Shown: positions 1-8,365, numbered from the stretch's first letter. The stretch is DNA of 20,285 nucleotides from an uncultured Janthinobacterium sp. (GCA_964658025.1 CAZZXB010000034.1:1-20285); one strand, 5' to 3'. The notes: generated from the sequence alone by a model not told the origin. Numbers and translations are program-made.

Positions 1-725
1 GCGACGAGCACGTCGCCCGTCGTGGCGAGCGCGCGCGGCGCGGCCTCCGCATCGTATCCTGCGGGTCGCCAATCGGCGGCCGGAACGCGCACGGTCGCGG
101 AGCCGACGAGCATGAAGCAGAGATAGATCGCGCCCATCGCGAGGAGCGTCGCGGCGACGCCTTCGTTCGCGGCCGTCGCGAAATGCTTCATCAGGAGGAT
201 CGATAACGGCGCGCCGATGAGCGCGCCGCCGCCGAAGCCCATGATCGCGGTCCCCGTCGCGAGACCCGGACGATCGGGGAACCATTTGATAAGCGTGGAG
301 ACGGGCGAGATGTATCCGAGGCCGAGACCGATCCCGCCGACGACGCCGTATCCGAGATAGACGAGCCACAGCGCGTGGAGCGCGACGCCGCCGCCCGCGA
401 TGAAGAGTCCGCCGCAGAAGAAGAGCGCCGCCGCGAACATCGCCTTGCGCGGCCCGACGCGCTCGACCCACTTCCCGCCGAACGCGGCGGCGAGTCCGAG
501 GAAGACGATCGCGAGGCTGAAGATCCAGCCGAGCTCCGGAATCGTCCAATCGCCCACCGCCGGCGCCGTGACGCCGAGTAACTGGGCCATCGGCTTGTTG
601 AACACGCTGAACGCGTAGACCTGACCGATGGCGAGATGAATGCAGAGTGCCGCGGGCGGGACGAGCCAGCGGTTGAAACCGGGAGCGGCGACGGAACGGG
701 ATCGACCGAGAAAGTCTTCGTTCAT
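1..725 (-). CDS. OFA (oxalate/formate antiporter-like) family MFS transporter, 3' end runs off the window
   Basis: Absent from the ORF track because it is truncated. My translation of the minus strand from the ATG at 725 (SD AGGAG upstream) gives MNEDFLGRSRSVAAPGFNRWLVPPAALCIHLAIGQVYAFSVFNKP...GGKWVERVGPR...GGIGLGLGYISPVSTLIKWFPDRPGLATGTAIMGFGGGALIGAPL, which are typical OFA/YhjX-type motifs with multiple TM segments. Confidence 0.9.
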   Translation of the reverse strand, partial: MNEDFLGRSRSVAAPGFNRWLVPPAALCIHLAIGQVYAFSVFNKPMAQLLGVTAPAVGDWTIPELGWIFSLAIVFLGLAAAFGGKWVERVGPRKAMFAAALFFCGGLFIAGGGVALHALWLVYLGYGVVGGIGLGLGYISPVSTLIKWFPDRPGLATGTAIMGFGGGALIGAPLSILLMKHFATAANEGVAATLLAMGAIYLCFMLVGSATVRVPAADWRPAGYDAEAAPRALATTGDVLV

Positions 726-777
726 AGTGGTCTCCTCTAACCGAAGACATCTTGCGCGTACGGTCGGTTCCATCGCA

Positions 778-803
778 AGGGCGGGTCTTTCGACGCGCGC
801 AAT
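778..803 (+). promoter_or_regulatory. Putative SigH-like promoter of crcB (AGGG-N18-CAAT)
   Basis: Instance of the recurrent motif, 9 nt before GTG 813; no SD present. Confidence 0.4.
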
Positions 804-812
804 GGTTCGCGG

Positions 813-1199
813 GTGATCGATCTGCGCGCGCTCGTCGCGGCCGCCCTCGGCGCGGCGATCGGCGGGACGTTGCGTTACCTCGTCATCGTCCTCACCGTGG
901 CACGGCTCGGAGCGGCGCGGGCGCCGCTCGGAACGTTCGCGATCAACGTCGTCGGGTCGTTCGCGATCGGCATCGTCCTCGAACTCGCCCTCGGTCGCGG
1001 ATCGATCTCGCCGCTGTGGCGGACGTTTCTCGCGACGGGGATCATCGGCGGGTTCACGACCTTCTCGACGTTTTCGTTCGAAGCGCTCGCGCTCGCGCGG
1101 GGGCCGGGACTCGGACTCGCCGCCGCCTACGTGGTCGCGAGCGTCGGGCTCGGAATCGGCGCCGCGATTCTCGGGATCGCCCTCGTCCGTAGCGCGTGA
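813..1199 (+). CDS. crcB: Fluoride efflux channel CrcB/FluC
   Basis: 128 aa with 4 TM segments; motifs GAAIGGTLRY, PLGTFAINVVGSFAIG and TGIIGGFTTFSTFSFE. Confidence 0.95.
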   Translation: MIDLRALVAAALGAAIGGTLRYLVIVLTVARLGAARAPLGTFAINVVGSFAIGIVLELALGRGSISPLWRTFLATGIIGGFTTFSTFSFEALALARGPGLGLAAAYVVASVGLGIGAAILGIALVRSA

Positions 1200-1759
1200 G
1201 CGACCGTTCGAATTGGGGTGCGACCGCCGACGAGATCGCGTCGTCGTTCCCCTGCGACGCCCTCGGCTTCGCGCACGACGACACGTTCCACCGCGCGATC
1301 GACGTCGGCGCTCCGCGCGATCTCGTCTTCCGTTGGCTCTGCCAGCTCCGCGTGGCGCCGTACAGTTACGATCTCCTCGACAATTTCGCGCGCCGCAGTC
1401 CGCCTCGGCTGACGCCCGGAGTCGAGCGACTCGAGCCCGGGCAGCGCGTGATGACGATCTTCCGACTCGTCTCGTTCGCGGCGGACGAACAGCTCACGAT
1501 CGCGCTCGCGTCGCGCGTCGCGCGCGCGCTCATGGGCGATTTCGCGGGGACCTATCGCGTGACGTCGTGCGAGGGAGGTGCGACGCGCCTCGTCGCCCGG
1601 ATCCTCGTACGATACCCGCGCGGACCGTACGGACGCGCGCTCCGCAGGATCTTACCCTCCTGCGATCTGTTCATGTTCCGCAAACAATTGCGCACGCTCG
1701 CCCGCTACGCCGAGCGAGACGCGCGTGCGGTACATCCGAGCCGGCGTTTCACCCGTTGA
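1196..1759 (+). CDS. Conserved hypothetical protein, SRPBCC/polyketide-cyclase-like
   Basis: GTGA overlap with crcB. WGATADE...FPCD...RAIDVGAPRDLVFRWLCQLRVAPYSYDLLDN and the C-terminal MFRKQLRTL resemble an SRPBCC-like family. Confidence 0.7.
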   Translation: MSDRSNWGATADEIASSFPCDALGFAHDDTFHRAIDVGAPRDLVFRWLCQLRVAPYSYDLLDNFARRSPPRLTPGVERLEPGQRVMTIFRLVSFAADEQLTIALASRVARALMGDFAGTYRVTSCEGGATRLVARILVRYPRGPYGRALRRILPSCDLFMFRKQLRTLARYAERDARAVHPSRRFTR

Positions 1760-1793
1760 CCATATGCAAAACGTACACGTCTAAGGAGTTTGG

Positions 1794-2390
1794 ATGAAGT
1801 CTCTTCGTAAGGCCGTCATGGCCGCACTCGCGGGCGCCGCGGTGCTCTCGTTCGCAGCGCCGTCGGTCGCGAAGCCGATGGACAAGGCGCGCTTCAGCGC
1901 CGCCGCGCCGTACACGGGTCAACCCGACCTTCCCGTGACCCTCTCGATGATCGAAGCCGGCGGCGGACCCTCCGCGTTCGATTCGACGAAGCTCGTCGGC
2001 GTGCTCGCCGGCGACAAGACGACGGCCGAAGTCGCGTCGCTCACGAAGAAGTTCGGAGCCGATAACGTGAAGTCGTTCCTCGAAGTGTTCAACTTCGTCG
2101 TGACGGATTCGCTCGCGAAGGTCACCGCCGCGAAGGTCGCGCTTCCGAGCGATCCGAGCCCCGCCCCGACCGACGGTAAGGCCCTCTCCGCGGCCCTCTA
2201 CACGCTCGGCGTGAACCCGGAAACCAAGGCGTTCGACGTCGAGTACATGCTCGACGGACTCGTGACGCATCCGATCCACGTCGCCGTGATGGACGACATC
2301 GATGCGAAGTACGGCAAGAAAGCCGACGGCAACTATCACGCCGTCCTCACGCAGGCGATGGGCGACCTCAAGTCGGTCTACGGCCTCTAG
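1794..2390 (+). CDS. Uncharacterised secreted/periplasmic protein
   Basis: Strong SD (TAAGGAG), Sec-type signal peptide (MKSLRKAVMAALAGAAVLSFAAPSVA), strongly biased codons, and a downstream terminator. Confidence 0.85.
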   Translation: MKSLRKAVMAALAGAAVLSFAAPSVAKPMDKARFSAAAPYTGQPDLPVTLSMIEAGGGPSAFDSTKLVGVLAGDKTTAEVASLTKKFGADNVKSFLEVFNFVVTDSLAKVTAAKVALPSDPSPAPTDGKALSAALYTLGVNPETKAFDVEYMLDGLVTHPIHVAVMDDIDAKYGKKADGNYHAVLTQAMGDLKSVYGL

Positions 2391-2431
2391 GAACCGTCGT
2401 CGTCCGTCGGCCCGTTAGCGGCTCGACGTCA

Positions 2432-2475
2432 CGAACGAAAAAGAGACGCGGCTTCGGTCGCGTCTTTTTCGTTCG
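2432..2475. terminator. Bidirectional intrinsic terminator
   Basis: CGAACG-AAAAA-GA-GACGCGGC-TTCG-GTCGCGTC-TTTTT-CGTTCG: a GC stem with a cUUCGg tetraloop, an A tract before and a T tract after, between convergent genes. Confidence 0.85.
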
Positions 2476-2530
2476 CGCTCCGCACGCACGCCTCGCGAAG
2501 CGAGAGGTTCGGCGTCGTACTCGGACTCGT

Positions 2531-3343
2531 TTACCGGCCCGCGAAGTCCGCTCGGAACTCGTACGTCCCCGCGACCGGCGCGCAGCGGAACGTCTCCGGG
2601 ACGTACGTCGTCGCGAGCGCCGCGGCGCGCGCGGCGGCGTCGAGTTCGGGCCAGCCCGAACTGCTGCGGATGACGGCGCTCCGTTTTTCGCCGGCGGTTC
2701 CGAGCTCGATATCGATCGAAACGCTTCCCACGTGGCCGTTCTGTCGCGCGATGAGCGGATAGGCGGGCTGCACGACGTTCGCGGTGCGCGCGGGAAGATA
2801 CGGCTTCGCGCACGCGAGCCTCGGCTCCGTAACGGCCGTGCCCGTCACGACGGCCGACGTGGCGTCGTACGCGGCGATCGCGCGATCGACGGCCGCGGCG
2901 CGCTCCGGCTTCTCGTTCGCCCGTATCCGCGGTGCGTCGCGACCGAGGTCGGCGGCGACCGCGTGGCCGCCGGTGCAATCGAGGGGAAGGTGCGTATCCG
3001 GATCTTCGATCGCGAGCGTCGCCGCTTCGAGCGGCGGGGCGTCGGCCGGAACGCGGACGTAGAGCGTCGGCGACGCCCACGCGGGCGCGCCGTCCGCAGC
3101 GACGCGTTTCGAATCCGTGAAGTCGACGCGCGCGAACGTCGCGTCGTATCGCACGCCCGCGCCGAAGAGCGCGGCGTCGAGATGCGCTTCGCCCGTCTCG
3201 TCAGAGGTGAGGCCGATCGCGTACACGGGCGCGCTCGGCACGCGAACGACGAAATTCAGACGGACCGGGCACGGATCCGCGCTCGCCGGACGTGCCGTCG
3301 CGAACGCGATTAGCGAGAAGATGACGGCGGCGATCGTTCGCAT
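2531..3343 (-). CDS. Secreted protein with C-terminal TonB (energy transducer) domain
   Basis: N-terminal signal peptide. The C-terminal PAYPLIARQNGHVGSVSIDIEL...VIRSSSGWPELDAAARAAALATTYVP matches the TonB_C pattern (YP..A...G..G.V; SSG...LD.AA). Confidence 0.85.
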   Translation of the reverse strand: MRTIAAVIFSLIAFATARPASADPCPVRLNFVVRVPSAPVYAIGLTSDETGEAHLDAALFGAGVRYDATFARVDFTDSKRVAADGAPAWASPTLYVRVPADAPPLEAATLAIEDPDTHLPLDCTGGHAVAADLGRDAPRIRANEKPERAAAVDRAIAAYDATSAVVTGTAVTEPRLACAKPYLPARTANVVQPAYPLIARQNGHVGSVSIDIELGTAGEKRSAVIRSSSGWPELDAAARAAALATTYVPETFRCAPVAGTYEFRADFAGR

Positions 3344-3352
3344 GTCGGGCGC

Positions 3353-3378
3353 TTACGTCGGTGCGAGGATCCCGTCCT
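3353..3378 (-). promoter_or_regulatory. Putative SigH-like promoter (AGGA-N18-GTAA)
   Basis: Recurrent motif, 9 nt before ATG 3343. Confidence 0.4.
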
Positions 3379-3490
3379 CGTCGGCGCGCGACGTCCGACT
3401 TCTCGTCCGCGACCGGGGTTGCGACGCGCGGACCGCGGCAACGAATCGATACCGACGCGGAAATATGAGGTCGCCGGTTCGGCGAGTCCG

Positions 3491-5818
3491 CTAACGCGGG
3501 GGTGACGTCCCTCGAACGGCGTGCCACACGATATCGGTGAGGACGTTCGGCGGGACGGCGTCTTCTTTCGTGAAGTCGAGTCGCGCGCTCTGCGCGGCGT
3601 GGTAGGCGCTCGCGAGGTTGCGTGCTTGGAGATCGGCCGTCGCCGGAAGCGCGTCGTACGGGCGTGGGTCGGCGTGCGAGGCGAACGCATCGTAGAGCGG
3701 GAGCGCGGAGGCGTCGTACGCGGAGAGCGGCGGGAGTCCGAGGATGAGTTCGATCGTGCGCAGGACGCCCGCCGTCGAATGGTGCGCGTGCACGGTGCCG
3801 CCGCGCGCGAACGGCGAGACGACGAGCGCGGGCATGCGCTGATCGCCGACGTGATCCGGACCGTTCTGCGCGTCGTCCTCCACGACGAAGATCGCGGTGC
3901 TCGACCAATAACGCGAATGCGACACGACGTCGATGAGGCGTCCGAGCGCGAGATCGTTCTGGGCGACGTACGCGGTCGGCGTGAGCTTACCGGGTGCGGT
4001 TCCCGAGGTGTGATCGTTCGGGAGCCGGACGATTTCGAGCGCGGGAAGATCGTCGTGCGACACGTAGCCCGCGAACTCGCGCGCCCATTCCGCCTCGCGA
4101 TCGAGATCGCTGAACGAGAGATCGAATCCCGGAAACCGCGGGTCCGTCACGTCTTCGAGATCCGCCATGTGCGAGACGACGGGCGACGTATCGTCCTTCT
4201 CGCGCAGCGCCGTGAACTCGCCGTAATTGCGCAGCGCCACGCCCGCGCGCTTGGTCGCGTTCCAGATGTATCCGGCGTGCGGCGTCGCGGCGTCGGCGCC
4301 GTCCTCGAAATCGTAGAGCTTGCGACGGTCGCCGTAGAGCGGCGGCCACATCCGTTCCAGATAGTCGTTGGCGAACGCCGCCATCGACCAGTTGTGGCCG
4401 TCCGCGCTGACCTGCGCGTCGGCGAACGTGTCGTCGAGCAGGCCGAAGCGCGTCGCGAGCGCGTGGGCGTTCGGGGTGACGTCGCGACCGAATAACGTGA
4501 GCGCGGGATCGCCGTCGCCCTGCGGCAGATCGCCGAGCACCTGATCGTACGTGCGATTCTCGCGCACGACGTAGACGACGTGACGGATCGGCCCGTGCGC
4601 CCGAACGGGCGTCCCGATGGGCGCCGCGCTCGGATCGCCCGTCGCGCGCGCGAACGACGGACCGGCGTGCGCGCGCACCTCGGCGAGACCGCGCGCCGCC
4701 TCGGCGTCGTCCGGAAGCGCGACGCGCCTGAGCGATCCGGCGAGGATCGCGGCGACGTATCCCGAGCGTTCGTGCGATCCGCGCGCGAACGGCGAGAACT
4801 GCGGATTGGGATGCGAGCGCTCGCCCTTTCCGTCGGCGACGATCGCGTGCGTGCCGCCCGGATCGAGAACGAACGCGGTCGGATACCAGCCGACCGGGAT
4901 CGCGCCGGCGAGATGCGCCGTGGGTCCGTCCGTCGCGACGACGCCGATCGCGTTCGCCGCCGATAACGCGACGTACAGGCGTTTTCCGTCCGGCGACGGG
5001 ACGAGCGCCGTCGGCGACGCGCCGTAGTCGCCCGACCCGTACGGCCGCACGTCGACGTCGGCGGCGCGCACGTCGCGCGCGGTGTCGACGATGCCGATCG
5101 CATCGTCGTCGGTCTCGGAGACGAAGAGCCGCGCGCCGTCGCCCGCGAGCGCGAGATATTCCGGATGGCGGCCGACGGCGATCGTCGCGCGTACCGCGCG
5201 CGTCGCGACGTCGATCGCGTCGACCGACGATTCGCCCCAGTTCGCGACGTAGAGTTTCGCGCCGTCGCGCGAGAACGCGAGACCGTTCGGATGTCTGCCG
5301 ACCGCGATCGTCTTCGCGATCGTGCCGGTCGCGAGATCGACGAGCGCGACGGCGTTCGCGAGATCGCCGCTCGCCGCGAGATACCGTCCGTCCGGGGATC
5401 GCGCGATCGCGGAGGCCCAGAACGGATGCGGGAGTGCGATCGTCCGATCGACGGCGCCGGTCGCCGCATCGACGTGGACGAGCGTGTCCGTACCCGCGGT
5501 ACTCGCCCAGCATCCCGTCCCCGCGGCGTCGGCGAGCGGTGCGCCCGCGGCGCCCGGCAACGGGATCGTCCGCTCGGCCGCGAGCGACGGCAGCGCGAAC
5601 ACGCGGAGATCCGATGTGGCTTGGCCGCCCTCGACGACCACGAGATGCGCGCCGTCGGCCGTGATCGCGGCGCCGACGGGGAGCGTGCCGAGGGCGATCG
5701 GATCTTCGGAGGGCGGTGCGAGCGTCCACTCCGTGGGAAGCGTGACGGGCGTCGGGCGAGCCGACGCGGCGAATGCGATCGCGAGCGCGAAGGCGCAACC
5801 GAGGACGGTCCGACGCAT
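3491..5818 (-). CDS. Secreted YVTN/YncE beta-propeller plus phosphoesterase (alkaline-phosphatase-superfamily) fusion
   Basis: True start is probably ATG 5818 (MRRTVLGCAFALAIAFAASA signal peptide). YVTN-like repeats (IAVGRHPNGLAFSRDGAKLYVAN, IPVGWYP) are followed by a phosphoesterase domain (VVRENRTYDQVLGD, SADGHNWS, LPNDHT, EDDAQNGPDHV). Confidence 0.9.
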   Translation of the reverse strand: MRRTVLGCAFALAIAFAASARPTPVTLPTEWTLAPPSEDPIALGTLPVGAAITADGAHLVVVEGGQATSDLRVFALPSLAAERTIPLPGAAGAPLADAAGTGCWASTAGTDTLVHVDAATGAVDRTIALPHPFWASAIARSPDGRYLAASGDLANAVALVDLATGTIAKTIAVGRHPNGLAFSRDGAKLYVANWGESSVDAIDVATRAVRATIAVGRHPEYLALAGDGARLFVSETDDDAIGIVDTARDVRAADVDVRPYGSGDYGASPTALVPSPDGKRLYVALSAANAIGVVATDGPTAHLAGAIPVGWYPTAFVLDPGGTHAIVADGKGERSHPNPQFSPFARGSHERSGYVAAILAGSLRRVALPDDAEAARGLAEVRAHAGPSFARATGDPSAAPIGTPVRAHGPIRHVVYVVRENRTYDQVLGDLPQGDGDPALTLFGRDVTPNAHALATRFGLLDDTFADAQVSADGHNWSMAAFANDYLERMWPPLYGDRRKLYDFEDGADAATPHAGYIWNATKRAGVALRNYGEFTALREKDDTSPVVSHMADLEDVTDPRFPGFDLSFSDLDREAEWAREFAGYVSHDDLPALEIVRLPNDHTSGTAPGKLTPTAYVAQNDLALGRLIDVVSHSRYWSSTAIFVVEDDAQNGPDHVGDQRMPALVVSPFARGGTVHAHHSTAGVLRTIELILGLPPLSAYDASALPLYDAFASHADPRPYDALPATADLQARNLASAYHAAQSARLDFTKEDAVPPNVLTDIVWHAVRGTSPPR

Positions 5819-5823
5819 CGCGC

Positions 5824-6171
5824 TTACGAGGCGATGACGGGTGCGACGACCGCGCGAACGCGCCGCGCGAGCAACGTTCCGAGCGTCGCGACGATCACGA
5901 CCGTCAGCACGAACCAGCCTTCGTGCACGGCCTCGAGGTATCGATGATCGATGAAACGGCAACCGTAGTTCGTTCCGCCCATCACCATCGCGAAGATGGC
6001 GTAGGCGAATTGGAGACGGCGCTTGGGATCGATCGCGGCGCCGAACAACGACGGCTCGCCCGTCCGGCGCGCGCGAAGCCACAGCGCGAGCGAGATCGCC
6101 CCGAGGATCATGCAGACCGTCCCCGTGGTCGCGCCCCAGGCGATGTCGAACGTTCGCGAGCCTTCGAGCAT
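5824..6171 (-). CDS. Small hypothetical membrane protein (about 3 TM)
   Basis: Three hydrophobic stretches; its stop lies 5 bp before the phosphoesterase start. ATG 6171 is preferred over GTG 6204. Confidence 0.7.
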   Translation of the reverse strand: MLEGSRTFDIAWGATTGTVCMILGAISLALWLRARRTGEPSLFGAAIDPKRRLQFAYAIFAMVMGGTNYGCRFIDHRYLEAVHEGWFVLTVVIVATLGTLLARRVRAVVAPVIAS

Positions 6172-6180
6172 GTGGTCCGC

Positions 6181-6206
6181 GTTCCCGATTTTCGATGCGT
6201 TCACCC
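6181..6206 (-). promoter_or_regulatory. Putative SigH-like promoter (GGGT-N18-GAAC)
   Basis: Recurrent motif, 9 nt before ATG 6171. Confidence 0.3.
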
Positions 6207-6225
6207 GTTCCGCGCCGCGACCCGC

Positions 6226-6251
6226 GGGGGCCGTACGCGCGCGGCGCGAAG
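6226..6251 (+). promoter_or_regulatory. Putative SigH-like promoter of ilvE (GGGG-N18-GAAG)
   Basis: Recurrent motif, 12 nt before ATG 6264. Confidence 0.35.
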
Positions 6252-6263
6252 GGCACGCGCCTG

Positions 6264-7211
6264 ATGGAACTCGCCGACTCGATCGTTTACGCGGATGGCC
6301 GCTTCCAGCGCTACGGTGACGTGCGGATCGGCCTGCTCTCGCACGGCCTCAATTACGGCACGGGCTGTTTCGAAGGGATCCGCGGATTCTGGAATCCGGC
6401 GGACGGCGAGCTCTACCTCTTACAACTGCGCGAGCATTTCGAGCGGCTCCGGCAATCCGCGCGCACGATCCTCATGTCGGTTCCGCACACCGTCGACGAA
6501 CTCGTGGAGCTCACGGTCGAACTCTGCGCGCGCAATACCTACGAGCGCAACGTGTACATCCGACCGCTCATGTACAAATCGCTCGAAGACGTCGGCGTAC
6601 GCCTCGCGGGCGTCCCCGATGCGTTCGCCATCAGCGCGATCGGTTTCGACAAGTATTTCGACGCGACCACGGGTCTGCGCGCGTGCGTGAGTTCGTGGCG
6701 GCGCATCGACGACACGATGGCGCCCGCGCGCGCGAAGATCACGGGCGCCTACATCAATTCCGCGCTCGCGAAAAGCGAAGCGCAGATGAACGGCTTCGAC
6801 GAGGCGATCCTGCTCTCGCAGGACGGTCACGTCGCCGAAGGTTCGGCGGCGAACCTCTTTCTCGTCAAGGACGGAACGCTCTTCACGCCCGATCCCACGC
6901 AGAACGTGCTCGAGGGGATCACGCGCAAGACCGTCATGAAGATCGCGGAGCGCGAGTTCGGCGTGACGACGATCCAGCGCGGGATCGATCGCAGCGAACT
7001 CTACGCGGCGGACGAGATCTTCTTCACGGGGACGGCGGCCGGCGTCACGTTCGTCGGCTCGGTCGACCATCGGACCGTCGGCGACGGAAAGCTCGGCCCG
7101 ATCACGCGCGACATCGCCGAGTTCTACGAGCGCATGACGCTCGGTCGCGAGCCCGTCTACCGCGATCTGCTCACGCCGACCTACAAACGGACCGCGCCGC
7201 TGACGCGCTAG
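6264..7211 (+). CDS. ilvE: Branched-chain amino acid aminotransferase (PLP fold IV)
   Basis: Motifs HGLNYGTGCFEGIRG, YIRP, AKITGAYINSALAKSEA, GHVAEGSAANLF, LEGITRKT and ADEIFFTGTAA. Start placed at ATG 6264. Confidence 0.93.
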   Translation: MELADSIVYADGRFQRYGDVRIGLLSHGLNYGTGCFEGIRGFWNPADGELYLLQLREHFERLRQSARTILMSVPHTVDELVELTVELCARNTYERNVYIRPLMYKSLEDVGVRLAGVPDAFAISAIGFDKYFDATTGLRACVSSWRRIDDTMAPARAKITGAYINSALAKSEAQMNGFDEAILLSQDGHVAEGSAANLFLVKDGTLFTPDPTQNVLEGITRKTVMKIAEREFGVTTIQRGIDRSELYAADEIFFTGTAAGVTFVGSVDHRTVGDGKLGPITRDIAEFYERMTLGREPVYRDLLTPTYKRTAPLTR

Positions 7212-8254
7212 GGCGCGTCGGGAGCGGGCGGTTCCGCGACCGGCGCGAGCAGCGCCGGGAGTTTCGCGCCGCCTTCGCCGTTCCACATCGCTTCGTCGGG
7301 GCCGACGATCGGGGCGACCGCGCTCGCGACGACGGTCGGCGAGAAGGCGGCGATCCCCGCGTTCGTGCGCCACGTCTCGAAGCGGGCGAAGCCGTCGTAC
7401 GCGATCCGCGAAACCTTGTGGATGAAGGCGCGACCGATGTCGAGATCGGGGAGTTGCGTCGTCATGACGGCGATGACGTAGGGCTCGCCGTTTTCGTAGA
7501 CGATGCCGACGTCGTTGAGCGTATCGTGGAGCGACCCCGTCTTGTGCGCGATCTTCACGTCCTTGGGGAGCGGCACGGGCAAGAGACCGTTATGGGTTTG
7601 ACCCGTCAGGATCGCGAGCATCTCGCGCGACGACCACTCGTCGATCATCCGATCGCGCGCGATCCGATCGAGCAGGCGCACCATGTCGCGCGGACTCGTG
7701 CGCAGATCGTAACGGATCGTCTCCGTCTCGGAGCGGATGAAGTCGCCGAGATGCGTTTGATGCAGACCGAGGCTCGCCATCGTCTCGTTGATGTGCGTGC
7801 GACCGACGATGCGGATGAGCATGTTCGTCGCGGTGTTGTCGCTCTGCGTGATCATGAGCCAGAGCAGTTGCTTCACCGTGCGCGCGGTGCCGTCGGGCGC
7901 GTCCGCCATGTCGCCCCAACCCCAGTCGCGATCGCGGCGCTCGAGATGGACGACCGTGCCGAAATCGACGCGCCCGCGTTCGAGTTGCTTGAATACCTCG
8001 ACCATCACGGGGATCTTGATCGTCGACGCCGCGGGGAGGTTCGCCGAGGCGTTGATCCCCGAACTCATCCCGGTCGCGAGATCTTCGATCGCGATGCCGA
8101 CGCGCCCGGGCGCGTGCATCGACGCCGCCGCGAGCGCCACGTGCATCGTCGCGAGCGGGGTGACGACGCTCGACTGCGCGAGCGCCGGAAGCGCCGTTCC
8201 GACGGCGAGCGCGGCGGCGAGGGCGGCGCGGAAGAGCGGACGGCGCTGCAACAT
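7208..8254 (-). CDS. Class A beta-lactamase-related serine hydrolase, exported
   Basis: Has SxxK (ASTIK), SDN (TQSDNTATN) and KTG (HKTGSL) motifs. The N-terminus MLQRRPLFRAALAAALAVGTALPALA is a signal peptide with a twin-Arg. The start could also be 8266. Confidence 0.88.
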   Translation of the reverse strand: MLQRRPLFRAALAAALAVGTALPALAQSSVVTPLATMHVALAAASMHAPGRVGIAIEDLATGMSSGINASANLPAASTIKIPVMVEVFKQLERGRVDFGTVVHLERRDRDWGWGDMADAPDGTARTVKQLLWLMITQSDNTATNMLIRIVGRTHINETMASLGLHQTHLGDFIRSETETIRYDLRTSPRDMVRLLDRIARDRMIDEWSSREMLAILTGQTHNGLLPVPLPKDVKIAHKTGSLHDTLNDVGIVYENGEPYVIAVMTTQLPDLDIGRAFIHKVSRIAYDGFARFETWRTNAGIAAFSPTVVASAVAPIVGPDEAMWNGEGGAKLPALLAPVAEPPAPDAP

Positions 8255-8265
8255 GAGCGGGCTCA

Positions 8266-8291
8266 TATCCTCGGGCGACGGTCGTATCCCT
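8266..8291 (-). promoter_or_regulatory. Putative SigH-like promoter (AGGG-N18-GATA)
   Basis: Recurrent motif, 11 nt before ATG 8254. Confidence 0.3.
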
Positions 8292-8300
8292 TCGTCCATG

Positions 8301-8312
8301 CGATACGTATCG
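8301..8312. promoter_or_regulatory. Perfect 12-bp palindrome CGATACGTATCG, candidate operator
   Basis: Perfect dyad with an AT-richer core, in the intergenic region between divergent genes. Confidence 0.35.
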
Positions 8313-8365
8313 GTCGTGCGGCGCGCGAGGCATCGCGTGTCGCACGAATAACTCTCCGCCCGGAG

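Noticed and set aside
726..812. Fluoride riboswitch upstream of crcB
   Set aside because: The only GCGATGG-like seed is on the opposite strand, and there is no downstream CTGATG/CTAATG element or matching pseudoknot.
2391..2530. Possible tRNA or tRNA fragment (GGCCCGTTAGC..., AGGTTCG)
   Set aside because: No cloverleaf, proper T-loop or CCA end. The region is explained by the bidirectional terminator and a small hairpin.
3521..5947. Long overlapping or antisense ORFs (e.g. 3987..5798, 4147..5469, 3521..4495; similarly 9098..10711 and 14858..16456)
   Set aside because: Stop-poor shadow frames expected at high GC, with Arg/Ala/Ser-rich composition and no motifs.
5819..6256. 5' extension of the 921-aa phosphoesterase ORF
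   Set aside because: It overlaps the small membrane gene, and the signal peptide begins at 5818.
6683..8365. N-terminal 561 codons of the 1022-aa ORF 6683..9751
   Set aside because: Arg-rich shadow frame overlapping ilvE and antisense to the beta-lactamase-like gene. The protein-like sequence begins at about 8366.
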